Positions 55,560 to 64,000 of a stretch of 64,000 nucleotides of DNA are shown piece by piece. The first letter of the stretch is position 1. The number at the start of each line of letters is the position of its first letter. Both the position numbers and the translations under genes were made by a program. The stretch is from Octopus vulgaris. Lineage: Eukaryota. The notes beneath the pieces were generated by a model. It saw nothing but the letters and a program-made list of their open reading frames with translations, had not been told where the DNA came from and searched no databases. The stretch lies in assembly GCA_951406725.2 (NCBI GenBank), contig OX597821.1, forward strand, positions 78,430,001 through 78,494,000, in the 5' to 3' direction.

Positions 55560-57180
55560 CATGCTAAAATCGAAAGCCATTTATCATTTCTGGAAAAAGG
55601 CAAACTAAAAAAGTTATATTTGTCTAAAACAATTTGTCTAGAACATTATTAATCTGGAAACAATTTGACTAAAAGCTATTTTTTCTTTCTTTCTTTCTTT
55701 ATTTTTTATTTGATGAATTTAAAATTATTTGTGTTTCTAACAAGATGTTAACTACTTAAAAAATACGTTAGGATTATTTAAATTCAAAATGCATAAAAAA
55801 CGAAACAGTATTTACTGAAACTACTTATTAATTCTTAAAAGAATAAGTTGGGTGCTATACCACGAACGTAATCAATAATATTTTGTGGATCAAAATTTTG
55901 AGCAAGATTTTAAATTCGTTTTGCAGTATCACGACAGCGCTTCTTTGGAGGTTCTGGTTCCATTCCAGCAATATGCTGCTCAATCCAAATCACGCTTAGA
56001 CTTTGTTCTTTTTGTAAAAAGTTAATAAATTTCCAGATGCTCGGGTGATGAAACTCAACTTGGGTTTCGAAAGCTCGATGCCATCCTCCGACAGACTTAT
56101 TTGTTTTGAGAAAATCATCAACAACTGTTAAATACATATTGCTCATAGTTAGTGGGAAGGGAGGTGGGCGTTATGCGTTCATTCTGTTGGGTCTTCCAAT
56201 TCATATATCTTTGAAATAATTAATGATTTCCCGTGTTTCATCAGGGAAGGTGTTGTTATCACATAATAACTCAAATGCTCTTGTTATTGTGCCTGCTGCA
56301 ACAAATGCTAATGTTGGTAGCATCCTCATCACTAAAACAAAATTCATGTCTGTTTCATATTTTCGTTTTAAATCATTACTTTGAATTACACGAAATATAC
56401 CTTGGCTGAAGTGGAAAAACAACCGTTCTGTTCTGCACTTGGAAATTCTTTCAAAACTGCTTTTCTCATCGCTTTCTTAAAATCGATCGTTATCGACAAT
56501 GGCACACATGATGGTTCAAGTTTCTTTATTTCGTGCAAAACCGTTTATATGTTTCTTCTGCTCTGTCCGGCTCTGTCCCTAAACACGAGCGGCAGTGAAA
56601 CTTTCTCTTTTAATCAATGCAGGGAATATAACTGGTGAAATAAAAAAAAGCTGTTTTAAATGTACCGCCAGCATACCAGTGACTGCATAATGATAAACAC
56701 TTTAAATTACGTCTTATTGCAAATATCACAATTCGCTTTTCAACTGGTCCTGAGTCATAAAGCAGAAATTGATCACCTTTAAACGATTTAGTAAGTTCAG
56801 TGGGGAAGACTATTTCAATGCAAGTTGATGGTAGGGCTGGTCCAGTAAGGGTTTCTTGCCTTATAGATCTTATTGTTCGCTTAATACTCTGCATGTTTGG
56901 TAGTTTGGAGGCAACAGCTTGATCGCAGTCATCGTGAACACTAGATACAACTGAATGGGGTGCATCTTGTGTTGACTTACCCAGTTGACGTATTTTTGAA
57001 ACGGTGTCTTTTGCTGCAATTTCAGCGCCATCCGATATACGATTATGCTCCTTGGAAGATTTCACAATTTTATCCTTTACAGTCATTATGCGAGCACAGC
57101 ATTTTGGATATTTTTCGCAGGTGGTTTGTAGAGTACAGCCTTATTTAGAACTTTCCATCTAATTTTATAAGTTTTATTAC
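55560..57180 (-). mobile_element. MULE/Mutator-like transposase relic
   Basis: FLLYDSGP..RIVIFA...HWYAGGTFKTA, FFHFSQGIFRVIQ..L...Y, KTNKSVGGWHRAF...HHPSIWKFINFLQKEQ. Confidence 0.85.
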
Positions 57181-57670
57181 TATCTTTAATCTTCCAGATC
57201 ATTTTACTAAGGCCTGCGCTATTGCGATATTTTACGTAACAGGTTGTTGCTCCCACATAATAGAGATGCTTACCTTCAACCTCAACTGTGGTTTGGTATA
57301 CTTGGCTTTTGCTTTTTCAGTAATTGTTAAATTTACAATTTGCCTTAACTCTACAGTCACATAAAACATTTAGGTCATTATTGCATGTGTCGGTATTAGT
57401 GCTCCCATTTCGTCTAGGTGTCAGTTTTAGTATCATTTGTGTTTCTAGTCGGAGGGGCAATGTTTCTATTTGTGTAATACTCATCAAGTTTAATATTACT
57501 GGAAGATGATATATGTCTAAATAAGATTTTAGCTATAGAACATCCGATCCTTATTAATTATTGATAGTTATATTTACCAGAAGTCGAATATTTATCTATT
57601 ATAGAAAGGATTACTCTGATAGGGATTGTCTTTATTGATTTGCCATGAGGTAAGATAAACCAAATTATAC

Positions 57671-57725
<55 letters not shown>

Positions 57726-57735
57726 GTTATTATTA

Positions 57736-57823
<88 letters not shown>

Positions 57824-57826
<3 letters not shown>

Positions 57827-58494
57827 TAGTTTTATTTTTATAGCGTGCTTTCACTTCACTACCGAGCGCAGCTCTGTGTGCCTTGGGTATGTGCTGTGAT
57901 TTGTTGTGATGCTCTGATGGTTATTGTATGGAAAGTGTTCTGCGTAGGATGTGTGCAGTGCCTAGTAGTGCAATTTTCTGTATGTTATATGTGTTTGTAA
58001 GTCCTGGTGTTTTTGTTATGTATTTGTCTGAATATTTTTTTATCATGCCTAATGCATCTACTATGATAGGAATTGTTTCTGTTTTCAGATTCCACATTCT
58101 AGTTACCTCTATTTCCAGGTCTTTGTATTTTGAGAGTTTCTCCATTTCTTTTAGAGACACGTTGTCATCTGCCGGTATTGATTCATCAATTAGAAAGCAT
58201 TTTTTTCTTCATGATCTCTGACAACTATATCTGGTCTGTTGGCCTTAATTTCTCTATCTGTGTGTATCGGCATATCCCAGAGTATGGTTGCTTTCTCGTT
58301 TTCTGTGACCTTTTCTGGTGTGTGCCTATACCATCTTTTTTCTGTTGTTATTCCATAATGTTGGCATAGCTTCCAATGTATGTAGGTTCCAACTCTGTCA
58401 TGTCTGTGAATATATTCCTTCTTAGCCAGGACTGGGCAGCTAGAGATAATATGATTTATTGTTTCTTGTCCATCTCCGCATATTCTGCAGTTAC

Positions 58495-58495
<1 letters not shown>
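57824..58495 (-). mobile_element. R4/Dong-like 3' end, near-identical to 24457-25127
   Basis: Same 3' junction (ATT)n-CAGTAGTTTTATTTTTATAGCGTG; (TAA)n on both sides. Confidence 0.92.
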
Positions 58496-58566
<71 letters not shown>

Positions 58567-58629
58567 CATCATCCTCATCATCATCATTATTATTATTATT
58601 ACTACTACTACAACTATGATTATTATTAT

Positions 58630-58685
<56 letters not shown>

Positions 58686-58733
58686 TTATTATTATTATCA
58701 TTATCATTATTATTATTATCATTATTATTATTA

Positions 58734-58774
<41 letters not shown>

Positions 58775-58869
58775 GTTACTATTTTTATTATTATTGTTGT
58801 CGTCGTCGTTGTTGTTATAATTATAACTATTGGAATAATTGTTTGTATTTTTATAGTTATGCTTAATAA

Positions 58870-59300
58870 TTCTAGTTATAGGTTCATTTTTATCTAAAGA
58901 TAATTTATCATTTATCTGGTTGGCTGTCTGGGAGTTATCATTATTTTCAAATGTAATATTTTTCTGTATACCATACCTTTGTTGATGCTGAGTTAATAAT
59001 AGTCCTTATTAATATTAAAGGTATTTTTATTAGATGAGAGGTAAGTAATTCTACGTTGAATATTTAAAACTAAACATTTAGTTATTGTTTTGGGATGATA
59101 ACTATCATAATTAATACATGTTAACTTTGAATTAGGTTTGGGATATGGTACATGGTTGCCTGTGAGTAGGTTATGGTTGACATCTAACAGGTTTACGGAA
59201 CTATGTTCGTTTTCTACCCAAATTTTCAGGCCAAACATATAGAATTTGTGAAATTTCGTCAAATTTTCTAATTTGTATATATTTGTGAATTCTTCAAATT
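58870..59300 (-). mobile_element. Penelope-like RT thumb fragment
   Basis: GLKIWVENEHSSVNLLDVNHNLLTG...PYPKPNSKLTCINYDSYHPKTI...IQRRITYLSS. Confidence 0.8.
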
Positions 59301-59345
59301 TTCGAATTTGTATATATATATATATATATTTTATTTTATAGAAGG

Positions 59346-59396
59346 AGCTTCAACAGGATTAGAACTGTTTCATTCAAAAGAAATCATCAGGAAGCT
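59346..59396 (-). ncRNA. Type I hammerhead motif beside a PLE fragment
   Basis: Minus: AGCUUC CUGAUGA UUUC-UUUU-GAAU GAA ACAG-UUCUAAUC-CUGU U^ GAAGCU. Helix I 6 bp, helix III 4 bp, helix II weak. Confidence 0.7.
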
Positions 59397-59564
59397 AGGT
59401 GACAAGAATAGTTTTGGCATTTATACATTTAGGCAGGTTTAAAGGGGTGGTGGTGGGGGACATTTTGGGGTAGGCATGGCACAAACTATCATTCTTAGGG
59501 GAGTGGTCAAAGGAATCAGTGATAAAGTAGATAAAAGAATAAATATAATAATAGAGTTTTAGGT

Positions 59565-62500
59565 AAATGATTGATTGATTGATTGATTCTAGTTTCAGCT
59601 TATGAGCTGTGGGCATGCTGGGGCACCGCCATTTGGTGTTGCTACTTGGTTTCACTTCATGAAGGCTTTCTAGCAACTGCTATTTGGTGCATGAGAGAGT
59701 TCGATGCAGCTGCCCTCATCTGCCCCTCCTGCCGTGAAGTTGGTTCATCTGGGACACCTGACAGGAAGAGATCCAGCTTCATTTTAAAGACATCTGCATC
59801 CACCCCATGCAGGTCTCTCAGGTTCTTCGGGAGGATATTGAAGAGCTATGGGCCTCGGAAGCCCAGGCTATCACAGAATCTTGTCCTACATCTCGATGGC
59901 AAGTTTGGAGTCCTAGGCACCACGCAGTGGCGCCCAGTTCTGGCATTTGCGTAACTCTCGATGCCAAAGTTCAGGACACTTCCCTCCAGGATCTTCCAGA
60001 TGTATATTATGGCATATCTTTCTCGCCTACGCTCCAGGGAATATAATTTTAATCTCTTGAGTCTTTCCCAGTAGCTTACATTCTGCATAGAGGCTATCTT
60101 CTTCGTGTAGCTACGTTGGATCGCCTCGAGCTCTGTGATCAACTTGACACTGGATGGTGACCATAACTGAGAGCAGTAGTCAAAGTGGCTTAGGACAAGT
60201 GTCCTCCAGAGGACCATCATGGTTTCTTGTTCTCTTGTTCTAAAGGTTCTGAGGATCCATCCGGCCAGTCGTCTACATTTCATTGCCAATTTAGCAACAT
60301 GTACACGAAAGGTCGCGTCATCACTCATGTAAATACCTAGATCACGCACTGATTGTGCCTCTGGGATTGCTATTCCTCCGGGTCCAGTGTATTCATTGGG
60401 TATTGCATTTAGTTTTGCATGCTGATAGTATAGAGCTTGAAACTTTTCAGCATTGAACTGCATGCTATTCTTTTCGGCCCACTTGTATATTTTGTCTAGC
60501 TCACATTGCAGGTGTTTAGTGTCCTCAGGGTTCTGTATTGCCTGTGAAACTTTTGTATCATCTGCATAACTTGTGATCGTGGCTCTCTGTGTGGCTGAGG
60601 GCATGTCTGAGAGGGCCATTATGAACAGTAGTGGTCCCAGAACAGTGCCCTGCGGAACACCGCTCACTATTTGCGTGTTAATGGAAGCCATTCTCCCAGT
60701 TTTCCAACTATGTTGAGATCACGCAGTTTGTGACATATCATTCCATGATCGACTTTATCAAAGGCCTTTGCAAAGTCGAGATATATCACTTCCACATTTG
60801 AGTGGTTGAGCAGCCGTTTCAGCACCCAGTCATAGTGTTGTAGGAGCTGAGTTAAACAGCTTCTCCCTGGTCGGAAACCATGTTGGGTGTCGGGCAGCAA
60901 GTCATTCTCTTCAAGGAAGGTGATCAGCTTCCTTCTGACTATTCGTTCCATGACCTTGCTGATGTGTGAGGTCAGAGAGATAGGTCTATAGTTCTTGGCT
61001 TCCGCTCTGCTACCTCCTTTATGAATGGGGCATATTTTACCTTCCTTCAGTTTTCTTGGGAGTTTGCCAGCTGCAAGGAAGCTCTGAAAGAGGAACTGCA
61101 GTGGTCTTGCTAGGACTCTCTTACATGCTTTTAGGAGGATTGCCGGGAATCCATCGGGGCCAGTAGCTGAGTCTGTTTTCATTTCATCTATAGCCTTGAT
61201 TACATCGTCTTCCTTTATATCGATGTAATCTATCGTCGCCGCCTCTGATTTTATATCTGCAGTGGTAAAAAAGTCAGTTGGATTGGTGATTTGGAGATGC
61301 CCAAGGGGTGGAGTGAAAACACTCTTGAATTGCTCATTCAGTATTTCACTTACCCTCATTGGTTTTCCTGTAAGTGTGCCATCCTTTTCGAGGAGTGGCC
61401 CTATTCTACAGTGCACCGTAGCTGTTTCTTTGGCATACCTGTAGAAAGCTCTGGGGTTAGATTTTATGTTGTCTATAGCCCAGGCTTCTTTGTCTGCTCT
61501 TTCCTTTTCATGGGAGAGTTGCAGACATTTTTCGATTTCCAACAGTTTTATTTTTAGGCGGGACTTTTCACTGCTTTCAATCTGTTTGTTTAGGCTATTT
61601 GAAAATTTTGTACGCCGTCTCATTAAAATTTTCCTCTCTCTGGGGATTTTGTTCTTGTGTACAGTGGCCTTTCTCTCTGGGACACATTTGTAGCATATGG
61701 CTTGCATTACAGACATGAATTGTTGAAGTTTCACGTCGATGTCTGGCGAGGAGAGACATTTAGGCCAGTTTGTTTGAGGATCTCTTTCTCAATTTGTTTC
61801 CAGTTTGCCTTATGGTAGTTCAAGTTGGAAAGATTCTGGGGGTTTCTTGTAGGCTGCATGTCCGTGCTCTCTTTTGGCCCGTACATGGTCAGCTCTACCA
61901 TGTTGTGATCCGAGAGTAGTGTCGGTGTCACTTTCACAGTATGGATGAGATCCATGTCATTTGTGAAGCAGAGATCCAGTGTGTTACCTGCCCTGGTTGG
62001 TTGGAGTATTACCTGCTCCATGTACAGGGTGTTGATGAGGTTCAGGAGGGACCTCGCCTGTCCTCGTTCACATCTTGTCATTCCTGGGAGAGAAAGGCCC
62101 ACGGGCCATCTGACATTGGGCAGGTTGAAGTCTCCCATAAGAAGTACACTTATGTGTTGTTCTAATGTGGTTAGAACTTCTTCTATTTTTATAAGACAGT
62201 CTTCAAACTTGCCCACATGGCTTGGGGCATCTGGAGGGCGATATGTAGCACACACAACTACATCAAGTTGCCTAATATGTACAATTAGTGTGTCACACAC
62301 CGAGATTGAGTATGACAAGAGGACCTGGGGTGTGAGGTACTCACGGATGTACATAGCAACACCTCCATGACTCCTTTCTTTCCTGTCGGTCCGTAGTATA
62401 GCATACTGTGGTATGTGTAACTCCGCATCTGCTATATCCGGTTTCAGGTGCGTTTCCGTTAGTGCTATGCATAAGGCTTGATTGCATGCAACAAAATCTC

Positions 62501-62700
62501 TCAGGAACGGGATTTTTGTCCTGTTACTGAGTGTTTGCAGTCCTCTGATGTTCAGTAGGAGCATCGAGGTGAGGTGTACGTTGTTGCCGGTGGTGTCCAT
62601 CCTGGGTCTGTTTGCTGTGGTGGTCTGGTATATAGTGGGTAGTCCCACCTGCGGGCTTGGGTTTGATGAAGCCAGGTAAGCTGCTGTAAATAATGAGACT
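59565..62700 (-). mobile_element. CR1-group LINE ORF2 (APE + RT), nearly complete, two frame breaks
   Basis: APE: LLLNIRGL, IALTETHL, YRPPD, LMGDFNLP, LDLCF, SDHNMV. RT: NYRPISLTS, LDFAKAFDKVDH, SGVPQGTVLGPLLF, YADDTK. 3' tail (AATC)n. Confidence 0.95.
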
Positions 62701-62705
62701 CTCAC

Positions 62706-64000
<1,295 letters not shown>

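Overview
AT-rich animal genomic DNA dense in microsatellites ((TA)n, (CA)n, (TAA)n, (TATG)n, (TAGA)n) and transposon debris. The repeat spectrum suggests a coleoid cephalopod such as Octopus (inference). I reconstructed by hand one 6-exon gene on + (8365-47281). All five introns are GT-AG with matching phases. It encodes a 246-aa protein with a probable signal peptide, a PAN/apple-like Cys module and an uncharacterised C-terminal domain, and its last exon is tandemly duplicated. A probable terminal exon of a convergent gene lies on - at 52628-52680. The rest is mostly mobile DNA: Penelope-like elements, an array of R4/Dong-like retroelements sitting in (TAA)n, two CR1-group LINEs, Tc1, mariner, maT, MULE, Helitron and Helentron-type elements, tRNA-derived SINEs and a gypsy gag relic. 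The most notable non-coding signals are (1) several type-I hammerhead ribozyme motifs, one inside a 478-bp terminally redundant retrozyme-like unit and one in sense orientation in the gene's last intron, and (2) a 144-bp palindrome whose regular mismatches suit folding of the minus strand only. No database search or folding program was run; all calls are by eye.
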